A stretch of 64,000 nucleotides of DNA from positions 25,924,767 through 25,988,766 of the forward strand of contig CM119265.1 of the NCBI GenBank assembly GCA_051294375.1, written 5' to 3'. Made by a program: the position numbers and the translations under genes. Each line of letters starts with the position of its first letter. The stretch's first letter is position 1. Origin of the DNA: Paraspadella gotoi. Lineage: Eukaryota; Animalia; Chaetognatha. Below are positions 26,706 to 43,480 of this stretch, piece by piece. The notes under the pieces are model-generated. The model saw nothing but the letters and a program-made list of their open reading frames with translations, made no database searches and had not been told where the DNA came from.

Positions 26706-28814
26706 TTATACTTTCAAGAAATCGTCTGGGTTTCTCAGGAAGAAGAGTATGGCCGTAATTATGTTGAACAGTGTTCCGATTAAGTTCACGTAGAAGCACC
26801 ACCCAAGTCTGCGAATGTAACAATCTTTGTTATGAGAAGTTAATTTTAATTATTATCTTAATCTCATGACTTGAAAGAAATATCTGGGATATAGAGGAGA
26901 TGGGTTTTCTTATTTACGTTAAAAACTGAATTTCTAACCTGTAGTCATTCAGATGAACTTCTCGTTCTCCGCCGGTGTATTTCACTAAAATATTCAACAT
27001 TATTACATTTTTCTTGGGCAATATATAAGTTGTTTTAACAATGAAAGTTTTCAAAAGTTTTTTATCAGTCAATTGAAATTACACTCACCAAAAACTTTTT
27101 TGACGAAGTCATCTGAGAAAATTCTTCCCGTGAAAACTCCCATTCCAATTATAGTAAATATGAGGATAACGATGTAGGAAAGTCCCATCAGAAATGGTGG
27201 ATTGTAGCAATGCTTTGTATACAAAAATATATATTGCTAGACTATTATTAATAATAATAGTATTATTATTGATTTTTAAAATTTAGGCAGGGATAGTAAC
27301 CTTGTCAAGTCTGTTGCCCATATGGTGGAGTATGGTGAGAATAAAGAATGCGATTTGCAGTGATATGGCAATTCCATAGAAAACCTGAGAGAAATATAAG
27401 GCCATATAGTTATTAACAAAATATTTAATGTTGAATCAGGAAAGTCATTATTTGCTTTTTGGCTTCCTTTTTATGTGTACTATGTTTTGTAACAATTGTT
27501 TGAGAATGAGTCGCACCTGCACAACAGGAAATAAAATTTCTGCTTCATATACTGGAAACCGGTTGTCCTGGTCGTTAAAAACTGTAAACAGAACACAATT
27601 GTTTGTTTTAAGTCTATCCTCTATACATTTTTTACAAATTCAAGGGGTTAGGAATTAACCTGGTGCTATTCTTCTGAATCGAAAATGGTTTAAGTTGCAT
27701 CCTTTGTTTGAGTAACAACTTTGATAAAGACCAATGCTAAATTAAAATTGTTTTAAAACATTACCATTTAAGGAAAAACTCGAAATCGAATTCTTAGAAT
27801 TAAAGGTGAAGGTGAGACGCACGCAGGAGTCTGAAATTGATCTTCTGCGATGTTACTATTAAAGTTTTAGGCTTATTTTTTTTACATTCGCCGCCCGGGA
27901 TTTTGCGGTCTGTTATTTTTTTTCACTTCTTATGAGCTACGTAAAAATAAAAAAAAGGATACTGGTAAGGGTAAAAAACTTATTACAAATCCCTAACCAC
28001 CCCTATTTCCTAACCAACCTTAACCCAATTGTTAACGTTTAAAAAATATATTTTTCCTTTCCTTTATTTGTTTATGTACGAGTTTTATTAAGAAATATAA
28101 ATTTCGGACATGTTTCGGCTTCAATGTAAACCTTCATTAGCGCAAAAACGAATTTATTTGTGAAACAAATATTTTCACAGAAGTCTGAAGAGAGAGAGAA
28201 AGTCTGTAAAAATATTTGCTTCATAAATCAATTCGTTTTTGCGCTGATGAAGGCTTACATTGAAGCTGAAACATGTCCAAAATTTGTTTCTTTATAAAAT
28301 TTGTACATAAACAAATAATCTTTTTTTACCTCAAACATAAAAATAGCAATTAAAATAAATTTAAAACAATTATTATTTATTATAAAATTATAAAATTTGT
28401 TTTACAGAACAAAAAAATGTATATTATTGCGCAAACTGAGACTCGACGCTAAAGGGAAAACAAAGCACCGACCGTTGGTACCTAAGGTTAGTTGCGGTCG
28501 TTGAATAGTCAAGTTATTCAAGTTTTAAATCTTTCTTTTATCATTTTCCACTGATTAATCTAAATAAAAAATGGTAACCTCGTGAGATGACCATCTGGGT
28601 ATTCTCCTCCTAAGTTAGCTCCAGCCCCTGTTGCAGTTCCTGCTCTGTCAATCCAGTGTACCGTTGGTATTGAAATGATGTTGGCAACAAGCGCCAATGA
28701 CGCGAAAACTGCGATCAAGATTAATCATTTTTGCAAGTTTTTAATGCTAATTGATAACCGAAATTAACAATTGGTTTTCTTACCCAATCGTAATACAGTG
28801 ATAGTAGTCGCCAT
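26706..28814 (-). CDS. Claudin/PMP22/EMP superfamily four-TM protein, 8 small exons (absent from the ORF track)
   Basis: Hand-spliced: MATTITVLRLVFASLALVANIISIPTVHWI...SIGLYQSCYSNKGC (W..GLx..C..C loop signature)...VFYGIAISLQIAFFILTIL...LSYIVILIFTIIGMGVFT...YRLGWCFYVNLIGTLFNIITAILFFL...KV*. All joins are GT-AG and in frame. Confidence 0.8.
27870..28519. mobile_element. Non-autonomous DNA transposon (GG start, imperfect TIRs, 8-bp TSD aagtttta), family copy 1
   Basis: TSD aagtttta at 27862-27869 and 28520-28527. Aligns along its length with 42644-43316. Contains ccctaa-like repeats and an internal ~250-bp palindrome. Confidence 0.85.
28241..28280 (+). ncRNA. Minimal type-I hammerhead ribozyme motif (Penelope-type)
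   Basis: CTGATGA-a-ggctt[acattg]aagct-GAAAC-atgt-C: catalytic core, stem II, palindromic ACATGT stem III and GUC site. Stem I is weak. A mutated inverted copy (CTAATGA) lies at 28105-28143 on the - strand. Confidence 0.65.
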
Positions 28815-29988
28815 TATTAGATGGGGAAAAGCTTATTTTTTTAAAAATTCTATTTTTTTCCTGTTTAATTTTGTATATTATTCTGTGTTTGGATATTTTG
28901 TTTTTTCAAAAATATTTGAATGCGCTAGAATTGTGGCCGAAAAGACAGTAACGGAGAACCGTTATCAGTGCCCTTCCTCCGTCCAAAGGTAAAGATTATA
29001 AGGTGATAAGGATTGAAATATTTCCTCCCGTTTCTGATTGTCCTTACTTGAAAAGGGGATTCCATTGATACTCAACGATGAGTAAGAGGTTCTATTTAAA
29101 TATATAGCATTAAAGAATTAAATGTCAGGAAGAGCTAACGTGACGTCCGGTTTGTTATTTTTGGACTTATATTCAAAAAACCACTAAGAATTGACTGGAA
29201 CCATCCGTTTCACTCGGTCTTTTAATGTGATTCTGCACAAACAGCCTCCCAAGAGTGATTCCTATTTTCAAATCCCACAACGTTTATTCACTTCAAATCT
29301 CTTCTATGGTCTTAGATTCTTAGGGTGCAAGTAATGGAAAGGGAGACGGGGGTGAAGCTCGAGAAACGGGATCATACACTCCTCTCTGTCTCCCTCTTTT
29401 TCTCGGCATCGTTTCTGATCTCTCTCTTATCTTTTTCCTCACGATGCCTTGTCCCGTCATCGCGTCGAACTCTCATTCATCCGTAACGGTTTTTTTTTCT
29501 CCGCTGCGTCTTCGACCCGTCGACGTCAGTGGTTGGTGTTCTCAAATCGGACAGGGGGCCCCTGCTGTTGTTGATGTCGATGTTCCCTTTTTTCGCGCCT
29601 CTTCCCGATCCCATAGAGATTGGTCGGCGAGGCTCCTCCTCAACTCGAACTACTTTTCCCGTCTCTTCCGCCATTCTTGCATCCTTGGCGTCCCTTTTTC
29701 TCTCTCTCTATCCTTCTCTCTCTTTCCGTTTCTCAATAAAAAAAGAGAAATGGGAGAGAAAAACGAGGGCATTGGAAAACGTACATGTAAATTTTTTAAC
29801 TCAACGTCGAATTTGAATAGTTTTTTTTTTCGCGCAAGTTTCTTTTTATTTTCAGTTGACGAATTGAATCAACCTGTTATCTTCTTTTATTTGATCGACG
29901 CAAAAGCTTTATTCCTTCGTTCCCACCCTGCCCCCCTCTTTTTTTCTCTCTCGTGCCTTCTTCGCATCTCACCGCTTTCTCTCTTCTT

Positions 29989-30041
<53 letters not shown>

Positions 30042-30667
30042 GATTTCCGCCAGCTTCTTCGGACTCGCTCTCCCGCTCTCTGTCATCCTCGTATCGGAAG
30101 AGGCGGAGCCCCCGGGAATAACGAAGGGACTTTCGAAGGCGGGACCTCAGATCCTCGCGATTCTCCAGTGGGGCGCTCCACCGAAAAACTCCGGAGCGGC
30201 GAGCGCCCAATCGAGGAGAAAAACTCTTATAACTCTTGGAATCGCGCGACCTACCTCGTGGCGCCGCCGCCGCCGCCGCGCGAGGCCTTACCTCGTCCTC
30301 ACCTTTTTTCCTTGGAACGGATATCAATCGGCAATTCGCTCGAGTGGAGGAAGAGGAGGAGAAAGAAGGGGGAGGGAAAAAAAAGGAATCTCCCTGACTC
30401 GCGCCGCCGCCGCCCCCGCTGCCCCGTGGACGCCGAGGAACTCACCCTAATTTAACTCCGCCCTCTCTTCTCCCTTTCGTCCTCTCCGATACTTTTGCTT
30501 GGAAGTAAGTAATTTCATCGTAGCTCAAAACTTTCAACTTTTATTAAATTAGTATGCCTTGATGAGTTAATTACGCTTCAAAGAACCCGCGACGTCTCAA
30601 GCCCTTGTAATAGTATTGTTTTTTTATGTGTGTTCCAGCCCTGGAGTCGAACGACCAACCTTCGGAT

Positions 30668-34927
<4,260 letters not shown>

Positions 34928-35046
34928 ACGGACGCTCCGCGCACTTAAAATCCCTCCGGCGCGTGCGACGAAAATCTTCGCGTGCATCTTGTCGCTCGCC
35001 AAAAGTTTTACGCGCACGTCTCGCCCAAGACAATGAAATCAAAGGC

Positions 35047-35081
<35 letters not shown>

Positions 35082-36934
35082 TTTGTTCCCACGTTTCTTT
35101 TCGTGTCAAATCGAAATACGAAGTAAATATAAAAGCGATTTATCACAATCCGTCGAATTAAAACTTTTCATCTTTTTTTTTCTCTGTCGAACTGATTCGG
35201 TAGGGTTTATTTCTGCCCCTATTTTCTCACCCTCCCTAGTCCCTACCCATTACTATTTGTTTCCCTTCTCTTCTCTCTTTCTTTCGTCTTTTGTTTGAGC
35301 GAAAACGAAGGTGTTTTTAAATTCGTTTATCTTTTTAAATGTTAATTATTGATACGATTTATTTTAATTTTCAATGCGTGAGTGTATACGACATGATATA
35401 TTTTATTTATTCCGCCTCACATCCAAGTGAGGATTTCCCCAAATTTCTCAAAATCTCGCGCGATTAAGTTTTTAAATCTTTAAAAATATGAAGCTTCGTT
35501 TTTGCCGCAGACTTTTCCGGCCGACCCTCTTGCGAGGACAATATCTTCATATCAGTTCTCAGTTATCACTGGTTATATAAAAAAGTTCTCTTTTTAAAGT
35601 TTTTCTTGTACAGATAGTTTAAGTACTTTACAAGCGTTGAAAATAAAATTATAAACGATTATTCATACTTCGATGATAATTATAATTATTTTTCGTTTAC
35701 AATTTAATGCGACAAGTTTTAAAACTACAGAATTTCTTCTGCCAAGAAAATAAAAAAACGACGAACTACTGTATCCTAGTTTTATTATCCTAGTTTTATT
35801 AGACTTCATAAAGTAGACTTACTTTTTAGTTTCAAAAGTTTTAGGACTTTCCAATACATTTATTCTCACCTTTCTCATTTTTATTTTGTCTCGTTTTAAA
35901 ATTTATTGTTAAATGTATAATGGAGTTATTGTACATGGGGTGCCCGTTAATATCTCTCGAGTCACCGCTGTTTATATTATATTTTCGACTTCACTGACCA
36001 ATTCCGGTCAATTTAGTTTTGTGGGGGTTCCATTCAGCAATATGTAAAAGACTTGGAGATGGCGTTTCTGCTTCTGCGAGGTTTCCTGTAATATTAGCGT
36101 TCGCAATGAAACTATCGTTTTACGTCGCTCAAAATGTTTTGAGGCATTCCACGAAGTGAATTTGTAAATAACGTTAAATTTGTTCGTTTATGTAAAAAAA
36201 GGTTCTAACAAAACGAATCCTAAAATACTTTTCAGACTCCGTGAAAAACATTGTTTGCTTTTTTTCCCCATTCCAAATTCTATTTTAAGATTTTTCCATT
36301 TTTAGTTTCAAGCTGTTAACCTCTGTCCAATACCCGTGTATGATGACAGAATTTATTTTAAAACAACATGTAGAACGCATGTACATGTTTATGTTTTATT
36401 ATCATTTTTAAATTTCTCGTTATACCACATCAAAAAAGGGAGAGAGGTTAGTGGCGTTTTTTTTATTGTGAATAAAATTGTTCAATTCGAAATCTATTCA
36501 AGCGACCGCGAAAGTTTATTCATTTATCCGATCGTCATTGATGATTATTCCTGCTCCCCCCCCCTCTCGGTCCCCCCCTTCTCCCCCCCGCTTCCAATCG
36601 CATTACCGATGTGTCAAAGAGCTTTTTATCATTCCAACTTTCGGAAGCTGAGATTGCCTGTGACCCAATCCTGATTTCTTCAGATGCAGATATATCTTAT
36701 TCCCTCGTTGAATTTTGCCATGTACATAAATTGACGGCATCTTACATTAATTTGAGAGTTTTCAGTGTATACAGGGTCTAGTGATAGAAATTAACTGTAA
36801 ATAAATTGCGATAGCTAGCAAACGCATTGTGTAGACTTCTTATAACAAGACAAATTTCCTAATTAACTTTTATTCAAAGGGTTTGTCGAGGCCGCAATAG
36901 CCACATGCTTGTCGCTTTTTCTTTCATCAAAAAT

Positions 36935-38658
36935 TTAAGTCCTCAGCTCATTGACGACCAGCGGAACGCAAGGGAAGGTGTTCTGCGGCGACATGATGCG
37001 GGCCACCATTTCCAGGAAATGATTGAAGTACTGAAAAACAAAATATGACGAAGGATTTATTTAATCAATCAGCTTGGTCCGATTACTCTTTGCTCTCCCG
37101 TCCTCTCTCGAATCATTTTTAACTCGAGCCTTAAGGCTAGTTTTCGTTTTTGTTTTTTTTTGTCTTTCTCATCCTTTTGACTCTTCGCCTACTCTTTTTT
37201 TCTCTCCCCCCACCTTCGTCGCTCTATCCTCTTCTTCCTCGTTAATCTCCCCCACCTTCCTCCATTCACCCCCCCCCGCTTTCGCCACCTGTAGCGAGAA
37301 TATGTGGTTGTTGCTTGGCGTGGAGACAAGGCTTTCGATCTCACTCACTCCCGGGTAAGTGTAGGATCCGATGAGGAGACCGAAAACGTTCGTCCGCAGC
37401 TTCAACTTGGCCGCTGTCGTTCGTACGTCTGCCGGGAGAGTCCGACGGGGGGGGAGGGGTGAGAAGATCGAAGTGTCTTATTTACAAAATGGGAGGTATC
37501 GTCTCTAACTCGAAATGTACTTTCCACATCGTAACTACACAAACAACGGGATTCTTTTCTCTCTCACCCGCTCCGCAATTCGAAAGTCCGTCTGTCAGTA
37601 CCAAAACGTCCTTGACGGATTTCCCATGTGGGCGCGCTCCTGATTTTATTTCGGGGGGGGGAGGGGAAGAACGTTGGAGATAGCGGAACTTCATACGATG
37701 ATGAGCTAGAGACTTAATTTATATTAGTAGCATTTAAGTAAGTATTAAAACATTTCAGAAAAGTTTAAACTTTGCATTTTTAATGCTCGGACAGGCTAAA
37801 ATTACTATAATGGATGCGGGAAATTTTATTATCTGACTCCGGATATCGAGACAAACGAACTTGGTTTACGGTAACTGTAAAACTAACTCAGTAACTGTAT
37901 TTGTATTCCGTCTGTCTCTTCGCGTTTCAAACTCAAAATCATCTACAGATACGTATACCTGACGAGGGATCCGAGAAAAGCTGCTCGGTCGCGAAGTGGA
38001 GCGCATCTCCGGTGCAGGTGGCGCCGCGCATTGGCTTCACTGATCGAATGGCGCCTTGCACGCCCTGGAAAACGAAAAAAAGCACATTCAGTTCTTTAAC
38101 AAATAACATATATTTTGCCTCCAAAGTCTCATCTACCTTGAAAGCTTTACCTTTAAACACTTCACCCCCAAAACCTCTGTCACGATTTACCTTCACCCCC
38201 AAAACCTTTTCTCATCACTAATCTCCCCACCCTATCTTTTATAAGTCCACCCTCCGCAAAACCTCGTCTCCAGACCCCTTCTCCGAACCCTCCTCTTCCC
38301 TGAAACTCTACCTCCAAACTTCTGCCTAACCTCAAAACCTTGTCTCAGAATTCACTCGGCTTATCTTCAAACCTTTTACCTTAAAACCTCATCAACAAAA
38401 CCTCTTCACAACCTCAAAAACTTGTTTCTGAACCCCCACCTCCACCCGTGAACCACGCCTCAAAACCCTCGCACCCGGGAATGGACCTGCAAGGAGAAAT
38501 AATCGTCGAACTTAAAGTCGAGTCGAACTCGATGATCGAAGGTGACGAGGGCAACTCGATTCTCATTTTCCCCTCCGCCGATTCCGCCGCATATCTTGCC
38601 CACCAACTCGGCCAACGCTTGCATCGTCTTGGCGAATTGGTCCTCCGTCAGACTTCCT
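36935..38658 (-). CDS. von Willebrand factor A domain protein; 5 in-frame exons, 5' exon(s) not identified
   Basis: GSLTEDQF...RVALVTFD..VRLDFKF | GATCTGDAL..A...LF | GAR...KDVLVLTDGLSN | AAKLK...VFGLLIG...EIESLVSTP..NHIF | ...ELRT*. The MIDAS Thr and Asp are present, but the DxS part is missing from these exons. Confidence 0.85.
38140..38470. repeat. Degenerate (aaaacct/cccc)-type low-complexity tandem repeat in a vWA gene intron
   Basis: Recurrent aaacct units with strong C/A skew. Confidence 0.6.
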
Positions 38659-39384
38659 GCCATTTGGAGGTGGGGGGGAAGGGGGCGAGTGGGGATTGGA
38701 GAGAGAGAGAGTGGGGGCATTTTAAGTTATTTTTCTTTTTGTTTACATCTAGTTCGTATTTGATTCTGAGGTTCAAACTGAAAAGTTAAAGATCGATTAT
38801 AAATATAAATAAATAAAAGGAACGGAAGATGAAAAAAAGGAAAGGTAAGCAAATGATAAATTGAATTATTTTTAAAAGTAATTTTGAGTAAATTTAAAAA
38901 AATTGACTTCCGTCGTCTATCGATCGACGCTGATTTTTCGTTAAACTGCAACTTTCATCAAATTTCTATCCTCGATATCAGTTCATAGAACTGAGTTCTA
39001 TCTGTTAAACGATGTCAACTCTAAAACATCACAACAGGACTGTCTAATTCTATGTCTAATTCTGTCTAATTCTATGAATTTTTATTCCGTTTAAAATATA
39101 ATCAAGTACTCAAATAGTAATATGTTTATTTTAAAAGCAGTAAAAATAAACTGTGACACGTGGCAATGATAATTAGATTTGAAAAAGGCAATAGGAGAGC
39201 GAAATACGACCTCGTGAAACGTGAAGTCAAGTTTATAGGAAAATGGGAAAGGTCGCGCTTTGAGAATCGCATGTACCTACTTTTGTAATTTCTAAAAAAA
39301 ATTAATTTAAAAAAAAAATTTGTTTTAATTTTTTTCATTGGTAGCCATGGTGTTATCCTTTCTTTATTTGCGATTTATATTTAG

Positions 39385-39530
39385 AGAAAACAGTTTTTAA
39401 TGAATTACAAAAAACGATTTTATTTGTACATATGCGAACATGTTTCGACTCTATTTTCGAGCCATCATAGAGTCCAAATAATATACAAATAAAATCGTTG
39501 TTTGTAATTAAATAAAAACTTTTCTCAAAA
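39385..39530. mobile_element. Penelope-LTR-like palindrome with a degenerate hammerhead motif
   Basis: Inverted arms ttacaaaaaacgattttatttgta / tacaaataaaatcgttgtttgtaa around minus-strand CT.ATGA-tggctc..gagtc-GAAACATGTT. Confidence 0.5.
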
Positions 39531-41386
39531 AATTTTCATTTAATTTTAATTTAAAAAAAATTTATTTTAAAACAAGATTTGGAGGATCAAACCCTGGTGA
39601 GAGGAGGATTTTATTGATTGTTTTTCAAAAAATTATTATTCAACAATATCAAATTTAAAAAATCTTCGCCCAAAGTAGTAGAAAAAAACATTTCGTAAGT
39701 ACGATTCTCAGAACGCTAGGTTAAAAAGCTGATGAACTTATCTAGGCCAAATATTAAAAAATATCAATAAATATAATCTTAAAATGCAAAATATACATTT
39801 TAAACAATTCAATTACGCAAAAATCAATGTTGCATCTTTTATATTTTGGTTTTTGTTATCGATTTGTTTGTTTTTGTTTTCTTTGAGCAGGCAAGACTCA
39901 TGTTGCTTAATTCTTGTGCATTTGTTTTTGAAATAAATAAAGCACTTTCAAAGCGTTGAATTGATAATTCAATATATCGTGGAGAAGGTTTTTTTATTCT
40001 CTTCTGCATGTAAGCAAACATTTTTCTATGTTCTACCAAAAGCTTCTTTCCAATAGACGATTTTTGTTTTTCCAAACCAATTTTTCCCTTTAACATTCGA
40101 AAATCAGATGCAAGATTGACTGTTTGAAAAAACTTTAAACTAAATCTAAACTACTTCTATTACCGTGAGATATGCGAGCGATATTACTAAATACCGTTTT
40201 ATATCGATCGAAAATAAATCGAAAATCTCCCAAATTCTTTTTCTCCTAGACATTAAGGCGGGCCAAAATTGAACACTTTTTTAACATCTCGTTCTCTTAA
40301 AATTTTTTTTTCCTTCTGCTTTTAAATCGATTTTCAATTCAACTTTTTAAATTAGTTGAGGCTTTTAAATATTTATTAATAATAATATATAACAATGACA
40401 AATTAATTTGTTTTAGTTTTATATTTTAAGAACGGTTTCTTATAAAGCTTAAAATGTTAAATAAAAGTTAGTACTATAATTTTTTTAAATTTTTATAATA
40501 AATTACTTAAAAATAGACAAAACTTCATCATTGACTGAAATTTATAGTTTTTTAAAATTTTTATCAATAAAACAAAAGAAATTTTTAAAAATTATAATAA
40601 TAACCTTTATCATACTTATAAAGCTTTATCAGAATCTATTAAAAAATATAAAAATTAAAATTTTTTAAAACTTTATATAGTAATAAAATAATTTTTAAAT
40701 GCTTCTGTGCGCTTATCTATAATAAATCTTAAAACTATTTTTATTTTTATGTTCTCTAACAGTTACTTTACTATTATCTATTTGAGAAAACTTTTAGTTT
40801 TCAACTTGTTCCATTCTATAATTTTTTAAAACATTGTTTGCATAATTTAGATGGTAAAAATGTCAATCAGGTCACATAAACGAGCGTGATGTGTCATGAC
40901 ATTTAGATTAATAATTTTTAAGTAATATAAAAATATTAATATGGCGTGATGGAACATTATCTTCAAAATACTAAAAACAATTAAAATGTCCTGAGCAAAG
41001 TGAGAATCGCTTACGCGGTTCACGAAATGTGCAAAGTTGAGCGGAACATTAATTATTTAATATTGAAATATTAAAGTTTGCCTTTTCACTCGCGTCTCTC
41101 TTGTAACGGAAACAAACGAAAAACTCCCTTTGATTACTATCTTGGATACCGATACAGTACAAATGATCTTTATTTGGCGCAATAAATAGCGAAAAAAAAA
41201 TCAGTTCTGCCGTAACTCGCTCTTTTCATTACATTTCTTACTTTTTTTTTCCGAGTAGTCAGCTAGCCTAAATCCACCAAATATTACAGCAAACGCTTTC
41301 AAGCGATACAATTACCATAAAACGGTATTTTAAAGTTATAATTTTTGGCCAAAATGATGTAAAAATCGACTCAGTAATCTCCTTTT

Positions 41387-41752
41387 GGTCTGGCCTAATT
41401 TTCCCAGAAAGCCCTATTTATTCTTAAATTCAGAATTAGGTTAATTTTTTAAGTTAAAGATTGGGTTTAAGGTTAAGCTTAGGGATTAGGTTAAGGGTGA
41501 AGCCAGTTATTATGGTTAAGGATTATGTTAGTTATTAGGATTAGGGACTAGGATTTATGGCTAAGGGTTATAGTTATAAATTAGGCAATAGGGTTTAGGG
41601 TTAGGGTTCTGGATTAGGATAGAATTTGAGATTAAGATAAGATATTAAGGTTAGGTTATAATTTGAAGAATATATTTAGGTTAAATACTAAGGTTAAAAT
41701 TAAATTCCGGGATAAAGTAACTGAAATAGGGCGCTCTGGGAAAAAGAGAACC
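41387..41752. mobile_element. Non-autonomous DNA transposon (GG..CC ends, 8-bp TSD ctcctttt) filled with degenerate TTAGGG repeats
   Basis: TSD at 41379-41386 and 41753-41760. Subterminal IR ttttcccagaaagccctattt / aaatagggcgctctgggaaaa. Interior of ttaagg/ttaggg hexamers. Confidence 0.8.
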
Positions 41753-42064
41753 CTCCTTTTAACAAATAATACCGAATTCCTTTTTTTTAAATGACAAGAT
41801 CGGTTCATCCAATGTGTTGAGCCGCACTGACTTTAATTTCACGTGTATTTCTCGTGACATGAAATGACATGACGCAACAAGAAATGACTACATGATTACA
41901 ATAATTTTTTTAGCTTATGTATTTTCTAAATTTTTTCTTTTATTCTTAATAGTTTTAGGTTTTCCTGAAGGCGGCGCTAGCAGTCCCTTTGATTTGAGGT
42001 TTTTTCAGTCTTATCAAATGAGCAACTATAGACAAATTATAACGCATTTTTAACATAAGAGGGA

Positions 42065-42143
42065 CACACCGATGGACAGACATACCGACCGATCGAAAAG
42101 CGACTCATAGAGTTGCTCCGCTAGTACTGGCGGCGCAAACTAA
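42065..42143 (+). mobile_element. End of a DINE/HINE-like (Helentron-type) non-autonomous element
   Basis: gacagac/gaccgac microsatellite remnant, then agcgactcatagagttgct and hairpin ccgctagtactggcgg before an A/T end. Confidence 0.5.
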
Positions 42144-42156
42144 TTGTGTAATTTGA

Positions 42157-43444
42157 TCACCACCCGCCGCCTTTGGTGCGACTCGGTTTCTGGCAGAACA
42201 TCGCGGAGAAAACGGAGAAGAGGAGACCGAAGAGGAAGACGCCCGAGGGGACGATGGCCGGGTGGGCGAAGAAGAAGATGGTCAGGGAAGAGAACTTGGT
42301 AGGTTGAGTCAGAACCACCTTGGGTAAGGAGAGGTGAGGTCATCGATTAAATACCAATTTACGAGTCTATCGAGTGTCTAATTCATAAATTTTAAATTCT
42401 TTTTTTTTTATTTTGAAAAAATTGTTGGAAAATTATTTTAGCTTTAGAAATAGAAGAAAAAAATTTTTTTTTAAAGATTTTTAAAGTTTTTTATTAAAAA
42501 TTAAAAAGGTTTATTAAAATTGAGAGAAAAAGAAATAAAATTAATAAAAAAACTATAATATTTAAAAATTCTAACTTCAGCGTGAGTACAATATTTTTTT
42601 ATATACATTTTTGATATACATAAATCAAACCGAAACTAATTTTGGCTTATTTTTACATTCGCCGACCGGGATTTTGCGCTCGGTTATTTGTTTTTCGCTT
42701 CTTATGTTATGAGCAACATATAGAAATCTCTCTACGGAAAAATAAAAAAAAAGGGTAGAAAACGTTTTATTACAAATTGTATTTCAAAACCTCCCCTTAC
42801 CCTAACTACCCCTAATCCCTAACCACCCCTATCCCTAACCAGTAACCACCCTTAACCCAATTGCTAACCGTTTAAAAATTATAACATTTCATTTCGTTAC
42901 GTTATTTGTTTGAGGTGGAAAATGAATTGTTTGTTTACATCCGAGTTTTATTAAGAAATATATATTTCGGACATGTTTCGGCTACAATCAGCGCAAAAAC
43001 GTATTGATTTGTGAAATAAATATTTTCAAGTTTGAAGAGAGAGAGAGAGTCTGTAAAAATATTTGTTTCACAAATCAATCAACCTGTCCGAAATTTATGT
43101 TTCATTTTCTACCAAAATCATGAAAATAGCAATTAAAATAAATTTAAAACAATTATTATTAATTATAAAATTATAAAATCTGTATTACTGCACAAAAAAG
43201 TGTATATTACTGCGCTGAGACTCGACGCTAGAGGGAAAACAAAATGAAATGGATTAACAAACCACCGACCGCTGGTACCTAAAGTTGGTTGCGGACGTCG
43301 AATAGTAAAGTTACCCCTAATTTTAATGGCTTGTTGATTGCTGTTTTTGATAATGAGAAAAAGGACAATAGACCTTATAATGGGACAGTCTGCACGAGCC
43401 CAGTGACCGTCCACGCTTCTTTTCAGCCAGGCCCGCGGCGTCAC

Positions 43445-43480
<36 letters not shown>

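Noticed and set aside
35047-35075. Poly-His ORF
   Set aside because: It is a (CAT)n microsatellite in the ANP32 3'UTR.
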